41,854 nt of DNA, from IMG/VR virus record IMGVR_UViG_3300035135_000663, positions 1 through 41,854 of that record. One strand, given 5' to 3'. This DNA comes from a virus. Its lineage: Duplodnaviria; Caudoviricetes. Made by a program: the position numbers and the translations under genes. The notes below the pieces were generated by a model, which saw only the letters and a program-made list of their open reading frames with translations, had not been told where the DNA came from and made no database searches. Below are positions 33,569-41,453 of this stretch, piece by piece. Every line of letters starts with the position of its first letter. Within the stretch, counting starts at the first letter, position 1.

Positions 33569-34379
33569 AGCTGATCCGCAGAACATTTTGGCTTCGCTGC
33601 GTAACTGGCAGCTGGAGCAGGACAACTCAGGCAGATTCCGTGTTTACAGGGATCAACATGGACAGATTTACCACTCTGTCACCCATATCCTGAAGAACAC
33701 CGCCCCTCAATCACAGAAGGATGCATTGGAGCGTTGGTCACAGCGAGCTGGCAGTGCTTTGGAGCGTGACCTTGCTTGTGACCGTGGCACCGTTGCTCAC
33801 GAGCACTGTGAATATCTTCTCAAGACAGCAGCGAAGCTGGCTCGACAGAGCGCTAACAAGAAGGGTTCATGGAAGGTCTGGGATGATGGATTGGCTCGAC
33901 CTCCAAAGGCGATCACCAGCTGGGCACTCAAGAAGGCGAAGGAAGGCTCACCGCAAGTGGCGTGGCCAGCCCGTGAGTACGCCAGAGGTTTATCCGACTG
34001 GTTGGTAAGCGGAACAGTTACAGCTGTTCATGCCAGTGAGTTCAGCGTCAGCAGCGATGAAGGTTTTGCTGGAACGGCTGATGCCCTGATCGACACTCCA
34101 CTGGGCCTGACAATTTGCGACTTCAAGACCACCAGCAGAGAAGCTGACAAGCCAGAGGCGTGGCTGAAAGATCACCAGGACCAGCTTGGCGCTTACAGCT
34201 TGGCGTTACGTGAACGAGCCGGGATCCGTGTCAATGCTGGAGCGGTAGTGATTGCGAAGCCAAACGGTAATGTGCAGCTGCGAATGCTGAGTGAGCTGGA
34301 GATGAGGGGTTGCGAGGCTCGATGGACCGAGCGGAACAACTTGTATAAGGAGATGTTGTTGAGTGGCGAGGTTATGTAG
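33558..34379 (+). CDS. PD-(D/E)XK exonuclease
   Basis: YHSVTHIL, RGTVAH, SE, FAGTADAL, ICDFKTT, QLGAY. Confidence 0.88.
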   Translation: MTTEADPQNILASLRNWQLEQDNSGRFRVYRDQHGQIYHSVTHILKNTAPQSQKDALERWSQRAGSALERDLACDRGTVAHEHCEYLLKTAAKLARQSANKKGSWKVWDDGLARPPKAITSWALKKAKEGSPQVAWPAREYARGLSDWLVSGTVTAVHASEFSVSSDEGFAGTADALIDTPLGLTICDFKTTSREADKPEAWLKDHQDQLGAYSLALRERAGIRVNAGAVVIAKPNGNVQLRMLSELEMRGCEARWTERNNLYKEMLLSGEVM

Positions 34380-34555
34380 TGGAGGAAGCGTTAGAACTTA
34401 TCTATCGCGGTCAATGTAACGTTGCGGTGAAGGCAAAAGAAATAGGCGTCACAACCGAGGAGTTGAAACGCCTGTTCAGAGATTTTGCGGTCAAGCGCCC
34501 CATCGATGAGGATGTGTGGCGCGGAGACGTGGAGCTAGGTTGGCCTTGGGTCTGA
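34379..34555 (+). CDS. 58-aa possible HTH protein (not in ORF track)
   Basis: GTG coupled to exonuclease stop; NVAVKAKEIGVTTEELKRLF. Confidence 0.6.
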   Translation: MEEALELIYRGQCNVAVKAKEIGVTTEELKRLFRDFAVKRPIDEDVWRGDVELGWPWV

Positions 34556-34747
34556 GATGCACTCGTCCATGGCTCTGCGTTCGTAGTACCGTTTCAAACG
34601 TAAGCAATCATTGGCTTGGGCAAAGTTGCCCTGTTGTTCAAAAATGATTGCCCTAGCTGTTTCATAACGGATGGCTTTAGGCAACATGTCTGTTGGAACG
34701 CGGGAACCTTCAGGGGAGTAGCGGTTGCCATTGAGAATGCTGCTCAT
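34535..34747 (-). CDS. Hypothetical early protein
   Basis: 70 aa; ATGA-coupled chain. Confidence 0.7.
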   Translation of the reverse strand: MSSILNGNRYSPEGSRVPTDMLPKAIRYETARAIIFEQQGNFAQANDCLRLKRYYERRAMDECISDPRPT

Positions 34748-35007
34748 GAGTTGTACTTGCGGTTGTAAGCGGCGGTGTGCATTTCATCCAGGGTTACTGG
34801 AGGTTCACCACCGGTTTCATCCCAAAGATGTTGCGGTGTTGGATCGAAGTCAAGTTCATTTTCAAGTTGTGGAATGATCTCATCCTCCAAGAGCATTTTC
34901 ATCGAAGTAGTGAGATGTTGATCCATCATGTGGCGTTTGTCTTCGCGTTCAATGATGGCTTTGAGATCTTTGACGATCTGCTCAACATGGGTGTACTCGT
35001 TAATCAT
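34744..35007 (-). CDS. Hypothetical early protein
   Basis: 87 aa; DPTP...GGEPPVTLDEMH; coupled. Confidence 0.75.
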   Translation of the reverse strand: MINEYTHVEQIVKDLKAIIEREDKRHMMDQHLTTSMKMLLEDEIIPQLENELDFDPTPQHLWDETGGEPPVTLDEMHTAAYNRKYNS

Positions 35008-35366
35008 TTGAGGTCAGCAGGAGGTTCGATAGGTTCTTGGAGGATGATTGCAGCGATGCACATGGCAGCCACAACACCAGGCGTTTGATGCAGATGGAAC
35101 GGAAGCTTTGCTCCGTTGCTAAAGACCAACCCAGAGGAGGTTGCGAGGACGACATCATTCAACAATTCATCATTGGATTTCAAGTCTTCCCAATCTTCAA
35201 CAAGGTGCTGGCTAAAAACAAAGGCAGTGCCATAGCGTTTTGCTGCTGCTGTGCCTTCTATAACCTGTCCATGAACATGGTTTAGATCAATGCCAGCCTG
35301 TTCAAGTCCAGCTTGGAGAACATTTCTGAACTCCTCTACATTTTCAGAGAGTGTTGTGTTGGTCAT
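35004..35366 (-). CDS. Hypothetical early protein
   Basis: 120 aa; ATGA overlaps at both ends. Confidence 0.75.
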   Translation of the reverse strand: MTNTTLSENVEEFRNVLQAGLEQAGIDLNHVHGQVIEGTAAAKRYGTAFVFSQHLVEDWEDLKSNDELLNDVVLATSSGLVFSNGAKLPFHLHQTPGVVAAMCIAAIILQEPIEPPADLK

Positions 35367-35683
35367 TTGACGAAGTGCCAGAGGGGACGAGGGAGTTGTG
35401 CCAAGTAAGCCAGAACGTTGTCGAAGGTAATTGAAAACGTCTCGCCATGATCAGAAAAGACCTGGCAATCAGTTTCACTGCGAATCACGATCACGTCAGG
35501 CTCACCTTCACGTTGGTACGGATCCTCCACCTGCAACAGGATGTAAGGCTCAGTACCCCAAAGATTGAGATCTTTGGTTCCAGGTTGGGGGCCAGCAGAC
35601 CACCCAACGATCACCGAATCATGCTCACGTAGTTGATCGTGAAGATGAGTGAGTGTTGGTGCGTAAGTTTCAACAAGGTTCAT
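35363..35683 (-). CDS. Hypothetical early protein
   Basis: 106 aa; ATGA overlaps at both ends. Confidence 0.75.
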   Translation of the reverse strand: MNLVETYAPTLTHLHDQLREHDSVIVGWSAGPQPGTKDLNLWGTEPYILLQVEDPYQREGEPDVIVIRSETDCQVFSDHGETFSITFDNVLAYLAQLPRPLWHFVK

Positions 35684-35958
35684 GAATCCCAGTCGAGTTC
35701 GTCGATCAGTTGTGAAAGTGTTTTCAAGGATTGCAGACTGTCTAGCTGCATCCGTCCAGGCACCAGGGCCTTGGACAGATGCTCGGCGTCAGTGTTCTGC
35801 ACAAGGTCTTGCAACTCGTGGTGAACAAGCTTTGAGCAGAACTCAATGCGTTCTATCGGGCTGTGTTCAAGGTGAGTTGATGCCTTGGCTTTTGCTCTGC
35901 CCATGATGCAGGAGAGCAGTTGATTGATTGACCTGTCGGCCTGTTGCTTTGTGATCAT
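35680..35958 (-). CDS. Hypothetical early protein
   Basis: 92 aa; coupled to next gene. Confidence 0.7.
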   Translation of the reverse strand: MITKQQADRSINQLLSCIMGRAKAKASTHLEHSPIERIEFCSKLVHHELQDLVQNTDAEHLSKALVPGRMQLDSLQSLKTLSQLIDELDWDS

Positions 35959-35982
35959 GTGGAACGATGTGAGACAAACGTC

Positions 35983-36339
35983 TCAAAAGGTTTGAGACAA
36001 CCCGCCCATGCGGGCGAGTCTTTCGTACTCCCGCACAAGGCGGGAATAGTCTTGAACATTGCCTTGTTCAAAGGCATCGATGAGTAGCTGTTTTGTCATC
36101 CGCATTAACGGATCACGATCCTCCAGTGTGATTTGTGGAACGGGATCAGCTTCGATCTTGTGATCTTCAATCTCCCGTGCTTGGTCTGCGTCATCCACGT
36201 CGCGGTAAGCGGTCGGACGACTCAGACCGTACTTGCGTTGCAACGTGGCGGCCACGTCAGCCTTACGGCAACCAAGGTCTAGAAGCTTCTTAGCGTGGTC
36301 TAGGTGCGCTTGTTTGACCTCTGGCAGGCGTTTGCTCAT
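35983..36339 (-). CDS. HTH DNA-binding protein
   Basis: LLDLGCRKADVAATLQRKYGLSRPTAYRDV. Confidence 0.75.
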   Translation of the reverse strand: MSKRLPEVKQAHLDHAKKLLDLGCRKADVAATLQRKYGLSRPTAYRDVDDADQAREIEDHKIEADPVPQITLEDRDPLMRMTKQLLIDAFEQGNVQDYSRLVREYERLARMGGLSQTF

Positions 36340-36503
36340 GTCAACCTCCTATTCCGCTCACGGGCGTCAGGGATTGAATCCAGGTAGTCCTGCCATTCAG
36401 CCTGTCTCCGTCGTTCCTCAATCTCCTCCTCAGATTCAGGGGGCCATGGCTCCTGCAGTTCACACGGCAGGAGATCGTCGATGTCGTCAGTGCGGATGGT
36501 CAT
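36336..36503 (-). CDS. Small acidic hypothetical protein
   Basis: MTIRTDDIDD...YLDSIPDARERN; ATGA-coupled at both ends. Confidence 0.7.
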   Translation of the reverse strand: MTIRTDDIDDLLPCELQEPWPPESEEEIEERRRQAEWQDYLDSIPDARERNRRLT

Positions 36504-36709
36504 ACAGGCAGCCCCTCGAAGTAGTTGATGCAAGCTTCCACCGCGTCCTTCACGGCTTCGAACTGCACCTCATCATCCAGCTGGCAGGCGATGTCGGAAG
36601 CTAACTCCTGCGCCTTTGATGCCTGTTCATTGTTTGAAGCTGTCACCGCTAACAGCAGGGCTACCGCCAGAGCTGCCGCGTGGCTTTTCGGTTTGTAGTC
36701 TTGGGACAT
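36500..36709 (-). CDS. Hypothetical early protein
   Basis: MSQDYKPKSHAAALAVALLLAVTA...; AC-rich leader. Confidence 0.7.
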   Translation of the reverse strand: MSQDYKPKSHAAALAVALLLAVTASNNEQASKAQELASDIACQLDDEVQFEAVKDAVEACINYFEGLPV

Positions 36710-36727
36710 TGTTGTGGGTGTTGTTGA

Positions 36728-36904
36728 TTGGAACGAAAGGAATACCTCTCCCCGGATGAACTCGAATTGATCCTCGAAGCGTTGCACTGCTACAAGGGTT
36801 CATCGGATGGACGGAAGCACGCGGGTCGATTGACCTGGCTCCGGGAGAAGTTTGTGCGCTGCCGTGTGGAACGGACGACGATCCATTCGACAGCTGGTCA
36901 GTGA
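36728..36904 (+). CDS. Possible 58-aa counter-oriented protein
   Basis: TTG start; ERKEYLSPDELELILEALHCY...; exactly fills a gap and abuts the - gene stop at 36905. Confidence 0.45.
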   Translation: MERKEYLSPDELELILEALHCYKGSSDGRKHAGRLTWLREKFVRCRVERTTIHSTAGQ

Positions 36905-37081
36905 TCAGCGAATGGCGCGGATCCGGTCGAATAGATCGTGGATCTCGTCACTGGTCAGGAGAACCTTTTTGCCAGTGGAGTCGGTGAACATCAACGGCAC
37001 ACCAGCTATCACCGGTTGATTCTCTCCCCACTGCGCCATGGCACAGGTGAGGAACTTTGCTTCGTTGGCAGATAATTTCAT
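36905..37081 (-). CDS. 58-aa hypothetical protein (not in ORF track)
   Basis: MKLSANEAKFLTCAM...LTSDEIHDLFDRIRAIR*. Confidence 0.65.
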   Translation of the reverse strand: MKLSANEAKFLTCAMAQWGENQPVIAGVPLMFTDSTGKKVLLTSDEIHDLFDRIRAIR

Positions 37082-37083
37082 GG

Positions 37084-37461
37084 TCAGCAGATAGCAAGGG
37101 CTTGGGTCGGATAAACACTCTCAATCGGTGAACCGTTCAGATCCTCCGGCCGATACACGTACAGGGCACAACCTCTAGGGTCCGATTGGTGGTAGATCCT
37201 CAGGCCGAACCGTTGCGCAGTCTTGCGGGCACGATCCAACGCGTAGTCTTCAAAGTTGAATGTGGGGCGTCCTTTGGCTGTGTAGTCTCCCCACCTGTCC
37301 TTGCGGTAGAGGTGAGGTTCTCCCGTGTCGTCATCCCATTGAATGCGACCGTTGCACTCGTCTTCGCTCCACTTGTGGAGGATCTTTTCACAGTCGCGTA
37401 GCTTGCGCCACGCATAATCTGTCACCCCATAACGGGAGCGGATTCTGGTTCGGTTGCTCAT
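37084..37461 (-). CDS. Hypothetical early protein
   Basis: LHKWSEDECNG and YHQSDPRGCALY motif; ATGA-coupled start. Confidence 0.8.
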   Translation of the reverse strand: MSNRTRIRSRYGVTDYAWRKLRDCEKILHKWSEDECNGRIQWDDDTGEPHLYRKDRWGDYTAKGRPTFNFEDYALDRARKTAQRFGLRIYHQSDPRGCALYVYRPEDLNGSPIESVYPTQALAIC

Positions 37462-37679
37462 TGTTCGGTCTCCGTGTAGGTAAAGCTGCCAATAGTGTTG
37501 CCGTTCATGTCGCGGATTGGTTCGATCCACTTGCCCATGCGACAGCCGCCATCATCAGCAGCTGCTTCGGCTTGCATTCTGCGGCGTAGATCAATTAACA
37601 CCGTTGCGATCTGTTGGAACGTTTCGCAGTCGGTCTCACCGAACGCCGCGTTGTCGGTCTCGAATTGAAGTTTGAACAT
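37458..37679 (-). CDS. Hypothetical early protein
   Basis: F.TDNAAF...IRDMNGNTIG motif. Confidence 0.8.
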   Translation of the reverse strand: MFKLQFETDNAAFGETDCETFQQIATVLIDLRRRMQAEAAADDGGCRMGKWIEPIRDMNGNTIGSFTYTETEQ

Positions 37680-37680
37680 T

Positions 37681-37851
37681 TCAGGGGTAGGTCACAAAAT
37701 AGTTAGCGGTATCCGAAGGGATGCCAGACAATGCCAGCCGCCCGTTCTGCTCATCGCAGAAGTCCTCGGCATCGTCAGCACACCAGAAGCGGCCAACGTA
37801 TTGCGGGTCTGGTACGTCAACCGACCAGAACCTCACCAGGAATTCATCCAT
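37681..37851 (-). CDS. 56-aa hypothetical protein (not in ORF track)
   Basis: MDEFLVRFWSVDVPDPQYVGRF...ANYFVTYP*; TGATG coupling. Confidence 0.65.
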   Translation of the reverse strand: MDEFLVRFWSVDVPDPQYVGRFWCADDAEDFCDEQNGRLALSGIPSDTANYFVTYP

Positions 37852-38003
37852 CACCGCACCCTCACCACGCGTTGTGTGCCTGTTGTTTGCACTGGTACGT
37901 CAGCCAGGGACGCCAGACCGACATGCCATAGCGTGCCGATCATGCCAACCGTGAACAGTGCCATGCAGCCATCGTGGATGACCTTTTCAAGTGTTCGGCT
38001 CAT
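37851..38003 (-). CDS. Small single-TM protein
   Basis: MSRTLEKVIHDGCMALFTVGMIGTLWHVGLASLA... Confidence 0.6.
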   Translation of the reverse strand: MSRTLEKVIHDGCMALFTVGMIGTLWHVGLASLADVPVQTTGTQRVVRVR

Positions 38004-38004
38004 C

Positions 38005-38148
38005 TCAGCAGCCCTCCACGTACGCTTTGGCGCGTGAGACGTGCGGCTGCTTTTCAGCTCGCTTAACTGCTTCATACATGGTCGCGGCTTTCACCTCGAT
38101 CACATACCAACCCTTACGGGTCCGGATACATACAGGATGCAAGTCCAT
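38005..38148 (-). CDS. 47-aa hypothetical protein (not in ORF track)
   Basis: MDLHPVCIRTRKGWYVIEVKAATMYEAVKRAE...; AC-rich leader. Confidence 0.6.
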   Translation of the reverse strand: MDLHPVCIRTRKGWYVIEVKAATMYEAVKRAEKQPHVSRAKAYVEGC

Positions 38149-38286
38149 TGTGTTGGGTTTGAGTTGTTTGTGGTTGGTTTTCTCTCACGTTGCGACCGCA
38201 GCGGTGAAAACGTGCGATCTGGTGAGAATGTAGGCGACCGCTGGCAGGATTAACCCGTGTTGGCCGCCTGTTGTGTTGGTTCGGTG

Positions 38287-38541
38287 TCAGGCTGCGGCTT
38301 TGGCCTTGTCGATCGACTGCCCAAGCTCAAGGAAGGCAGCCGCTAGCTTCCGTTGCTTCTCCTCGCAGTCGCCGTCCAAGTGGCGATAACGGATGTAGGA
38401 GCAAACAGCGTCGAGCAGGTAAGCCTCGTCTAGGAAGCGGACCTCAACGGCGTTGTTCTCTCCTTGGATCGTGATGGAGGATGACACGATGGAGACTTGG
38501 CAACGTTGCCCGTCGTATCGGTCGGTCGTGAACTTGTTCAT
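38287..38541 (-). CDS. First early-region protein, hypothetical
   Basis: 84 aa; AC-rich leader CAACACACAACACACGCC-ATG. Confidence 0.75.
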   Translation of the reverse strand: MNKFTTDRYDGQRCQVSIVSSSITIQGENNAVEVRFLDEAYLLDAVCSYIRYRHLDGDCEEKQRKLAAAFLELGQSIDKAKAAA

Positions 38542-38592
38542 GGCGTGTGTTGTGTGTTGATCGAGAGTAGGTGTCTGCCCCTCTCAATCAAT

Positions 38593-38602
38593 ACAATACA
38601 CC
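38593..38602 (-). promoter_or_regulatory. Probable early promoter -10
   Basis: - strand GGTG-TATTGT at the head of the early gene run. Confidence 0.45.
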
Positions 38603-38653
38603 ATTTTCGACCCCTGATCGCCCTGATGTGACGATTTCTGATGTGGTTTTTTC

Positions 38654-38706
38654 ATTCTCAATAGTGGGTGCTTGTTGATTCTCAATAGCGGGGGTGCTAT
38701 TGCGAA
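38654..38706. repeat. ATTCTCAATAG direct repeats plus an inverted copy
   Basis: 38654-64 and 38678-88 (24-bp period); GCTATTGCGAA at 38696-706 is a 10/11 inverted match to 38679-89. Confidence 0.75.
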
Positions 38707-38771
38707 ACAGATTTTAGAGGTGCCAGTCCGGGGAACCTAAACATATATTCGACAAACAGTTCTTTTGTATT

Positions 38772-38799
38772 AAAAAAGCCCCCCAGTGTTGAGGAGCTT
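38772..38799 (-). terminator. Intrinsic terminator after the terS-like gene
   Basis: - strand AAGCTCCTC-AACACT-GGGGGGCTT then TTTT. Confidence 0.7.
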
Positions 38800-38834
38800 G
38801 GGTGACGGGGGTATGGGTCGAGTTTATCGAACTG

Positions 38835-39215
38835 TCAATCAGGCTTGTCCTGAATTTTGATGGTCAATTCAGGCGCTTGGATATTGACGGTTTCAACGGA
38901 CTCACCGATGACACGACCAATGGAGTCAAGCACTTGCGTTGCAGTTTGCAGCTGCCCCTTCTTCAGCGCCTGATGAAAGAGTTTGGTCCGCATGTGCTGG
39001 AGACGAGCCAGCATATTTTCGCGATCATTTTTCCAGTCTTCATCAACCAGCTGTTTTACGGCTGCCCAATCGCGCCAAGCAGTTTTAATTGAGACCTGTT
39101 CTTTGTCCGCGTGATCGTAAACAAGTGCCCGAGCGGACAAGCCATCCAGCTGGCGACGATACAAACGTCTGACACGGGCTTCTACAACAGCATCAGGCGA
39201 TCGTCCGACGGTCAT
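38835..39215 (-). CDS. HTH protein, candidate terminase small subunit
   Basis: 126 aa; GLSARALV...VSIKTAWRDW HTH, helical middle, beta tail; adjacent to but divergent from TerL. Confidence 0.6.
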   Translation of the reverse strand: MTVGRSPDAVVEARVRRLYRRQLDGLSARALVYDHADKEQVSIKTAWRDWAAVKQLVDEDWKNDRENMLARLQHMRTKLFHQALKKGQLQTATQVLDSIGRVIGESVETVNIQAPELTIKIQDKPD

Positions 39216-39307
39216 TGCCTTAATTGACTACCTTTCCTCGATACTACCCCTTGCTGGAGCGGTTTGAAGGGGGGTAGGGGTTGAAAACCTCCGTTATTGT
39301 GGAGCGC

Positions 39308-40561
39308 ATGGCAGTAAAAGAGCAACCAATTGAGCTTCGCTGGGCGCAAGGCGAAGTTTTCAAGTGCGACAAACGCTTCCGAGTGTTGGTTGCAGGCCGC
39401 AGATTCGGCAAATCGTACTTGGCCTGTGTCGAGTTGCTGCGTGGAGCGCTGAACGCACCAGGCGAAACGTTCTTTTATTGCGCTCCAACGTATCGAATGG
39501 CGAAAGATATTGCGTGGAGAGCGTTAAAAAAGCTGGTTCCGAAGGTTTGGATCCACACGAAGAACGAAACGGACCTACGAATCGAGCTAATTAACGGTTC
39601 AACGATCGAATTGAAGGGTACAGAGAACGCAATGGCGTTGAGAGGCCGCAGTTTGAGCGGCGTCGTACTGGATGAGGCTGCCTTTATGGAGCCAGAGGTG
39701 TGGTTTGAGGTGATTCGACCCGCTTTAGCGGATAAAGAGGGCTGGGCGTTATTTATTTCAACGCCTGATGGGACGGCCAGCTGGTTTTACGATCTGTGGT
39801 GTTATGTAGAGGAAGATCCGAAGGATTTATGGCGTCGATGGAGTTATACGACGATTGACGGAGGAAATGTCAGTAAGCAAGAGGTCGAAGCGGCCCGCGC
39901 TCAGCTTGATTCGCGCACGTTCCGCCAGGAATTCGAAGCGTCGTTCGAGAACCTCACCGGATTGGTCGCCATCAGCTTCTCCGACGACAACATCTCCCCC
40001 GACGCGAAGGACATCTCGATTCAACCGTTGTTGCTAGGCGTTGACTTCAACGTTGATCCGATGAGCGGCATTTGCGCCGTCAAGGATCAGGACACGTTGT
40101 ACGTGTTCGACGAGATCATGCTGACGGGCGGGGCCACGACCTGGGATTTTGCGGAAGAAGTTACCCGTAGGTATGGGGTGGATCGTCGGGTTATTGCCTG
40201 CCCTGACCCTACGGGCGGAGCCAGGAAGACCAGTGGTGTCGGCGTAACGGACCACGCAATCCTCAGGCGCAGCGGCTTTACAGTTCAAAGCCCCAGGTCA
40301 CCATGGAAGATCCGCGACAAGATCACCGCAGTCAACACAGGCCTAATGGATGCTTCTGGAACGCGAAGGGTCAAGATCCACCCACGGTGCAAGGAGCTGA
40401 TCAAGTCGTTGCGGACATTGACCTATGCCCCTGGGACGGGGCTGCCTAACAAAAACCTAGGAGTGGACCACGCTTTTGATGCTTTCGGGTATCTTGTGCT
40501 GCAGCAGTTCAACTTGGCCAAGCCTGAGGCCATGGGAACTACGTCATACCGCTTGTATTGA
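39308..40561 (+). CDS. terL: Terminase large subunit
   Basis: Walker A AGRRFGKS, LRGRSL..VVLDE, ISTP, FRQEFEASF, GVDFN, DHAFDA. Confidence 0.96.
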   Translation: MAVKEQPIELRWAQGEVFKCDKRFRVLVAGRRFGKSYLACVELLRGALNAPGETFFYCAPTYRMAKDIAWRALKKLVPKVWIHTKNETDLRIELINGSTIELKGTENAMALRGRSLSGVVLDEAAFMEPEVWFEVIRPALADKEGWALFISTPDGTASWFYDLWCYVEEDPKDLWRRWSYTTIDGGNVSKQEVEAARAQLDSRTFRQEFEASFENLTGLVAISFSDDNISPDAKDISIQPLLLGVDFNVDPMSGICAVKDQDTLYVFDEIMLTGGATTWDFAEEVTRRYGVDRRVIACPDPTGGARKTSGVGVTDHAILRRSGFTVQSPRSPWKIRDKITAVNTGLMDASGTRRVKIHPRCKELIKSLRTLTYAPGTGLPNKNLGVDHAFDAFGYLVLQQFNLAKPEAMGTTSYRLY

Positions 40562-40563
40562 GG

Positions 40564-40818
40564 ATGTTTCGTCCGCTCAACGCGCCTTGTTGTCCGAAGT
40601 GTGGATCTGAGGAATCAAAGGTGATGGGGCGTTATACGTCACAGGACAACGATTGTGTGCGTGAGCGGCGTTGTTTGGAGTGTGATCATCGCTGGAAGAC
40701 GCTGCAATCACCGGAAGAGGAGCTTCATCCATCAGTGCAGGTGCGTTTTTTCCGTTGGAACTCGCCTAGCGGCAAAAAACGCCGTGTGACGCTGGAATAC
40801 GGCTCCAAAGCTGTTTAG
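40564..40818 (+). CDS. Zinc-ribbon protein (NrdR N-terminal-like)
   Basis: CPKCG..SKV...RERRCLECDHRWKT; GAGG RBS; no ATP cone. Confidence 0.8.
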   Translation: MFRPLNAPCCPKCGSEESKVMGRYTSQDNDCVRERRCLECDHRWKTLQSPEEELHPSVQVRFFRWNSPSGKKRRVTLEYGSKAV

Positions 40819-40845
40819 ACTGAGTGCAACGTTGCATTTTGCGTC

Positions 40846-40947
40846 ATGCCTGGTCATTACGGAGCTGGCGGCAAGAAAAAGCCCAACGGCAAGAAAAAGG
40901 GCATGAAGAAGGGCAGCAAGAAGATGCGGTGCAGCTGTGGCAAGTGA
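40846..40947 (+). CDS. 33-aa Lys-rich peptide (not in ORF track)
   Basis: MPGHYGAGGKKKPNGKKKGMKKGSKKMRCSCGK*; TAGACT 30 nt upstream. Confidence 0.65.
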   Translation: MPGHYGAGGKKKPNGKKKGMKKGSKKMRCSCGK

Positions 40948-41137
40948 AAACGTCCCAGTAAACAAAACGCTTTACGCCCGCGTAAAAGCTGAGGCGAAGA
41001 AAAAGTTCGCGGTTTATCCGAGCGCGTATGCAAATGCGTGGCTGGTACGCGAATATAAAAAGCGTGGTGGCACCTATCGGAAGGCAATCAGTGGCGGAAC
41101 GAAAAAAACCACGAAAACCCGCAAAACCAAAAAGTAA
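40937..41137 (+). CDS. Small basic protein
   Basis: LYARVKAEAKKKFAVYPSAYANAWLVREYKKRGGTY motif. Confidence 0.8.
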   Translation: MASENVPVNKTLYARVKAEAKKKFAVYPSAYANAWLVREYKKRGGTYRKAISGGTKKTTKTRKTKK

Positions 41138-41393
41138 AGGCCGTGGTGGCCTTGGCCGATGGTTTGACGAGAAATGGGTCGATATAAAGACCGGGAAGCC
41201 TTGTGGCCGCTCCAAAGGAGAAAAACGGGATTATCCAGCATGTCGTCCGTCCAAACGTGTGTCCGACAAGACGCCAAAAACGACTAAAGAGATGAGTCCT
41301 TCGGAAAAAGCTCGTTTTAAAAAAGAAAAAACAGGGTCAAAGAAGATTTCTTATCAACATCGGCGGCGCAAGGCGAAAAAGAAGAAGTCCTAA
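41091..41393 (+). CDS. Small basic protein
   Basis: GTG start MAERKK...; GGLGRWFDEKWVD..TGKPCGR...YPACRP motif. Confidence 0.75.
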   Translation: MAERKKPRKPAKPKSKGRGGLGRWFDEKWVDIKTGKPCGRSKGEKRDYPACRPSKRVSDKTPKTTKEMSPSEKARFKKEKTGSKKISYQHRRRKAKKKKS

Positions 41394-41453
41394 GATGGCT
41401 TGTGGGTTGTGAGCGGTTAGAATCAACCGTATAGACCCTTCCTATGTCTACTC

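Noticed and set aside
33558-34379. Cas4-like nuclease as CRISPR evidence
   Set aside because: No array or other cas genes; an ordinary phage PD-(D/E)XK exonuclease in a replication context
38186-38245. Imperfect GGTGARAAYGT repeat and hairpin in an early-region gap
   Set aside because: Only two degenerate copies and a weak stem; not enough to call an element
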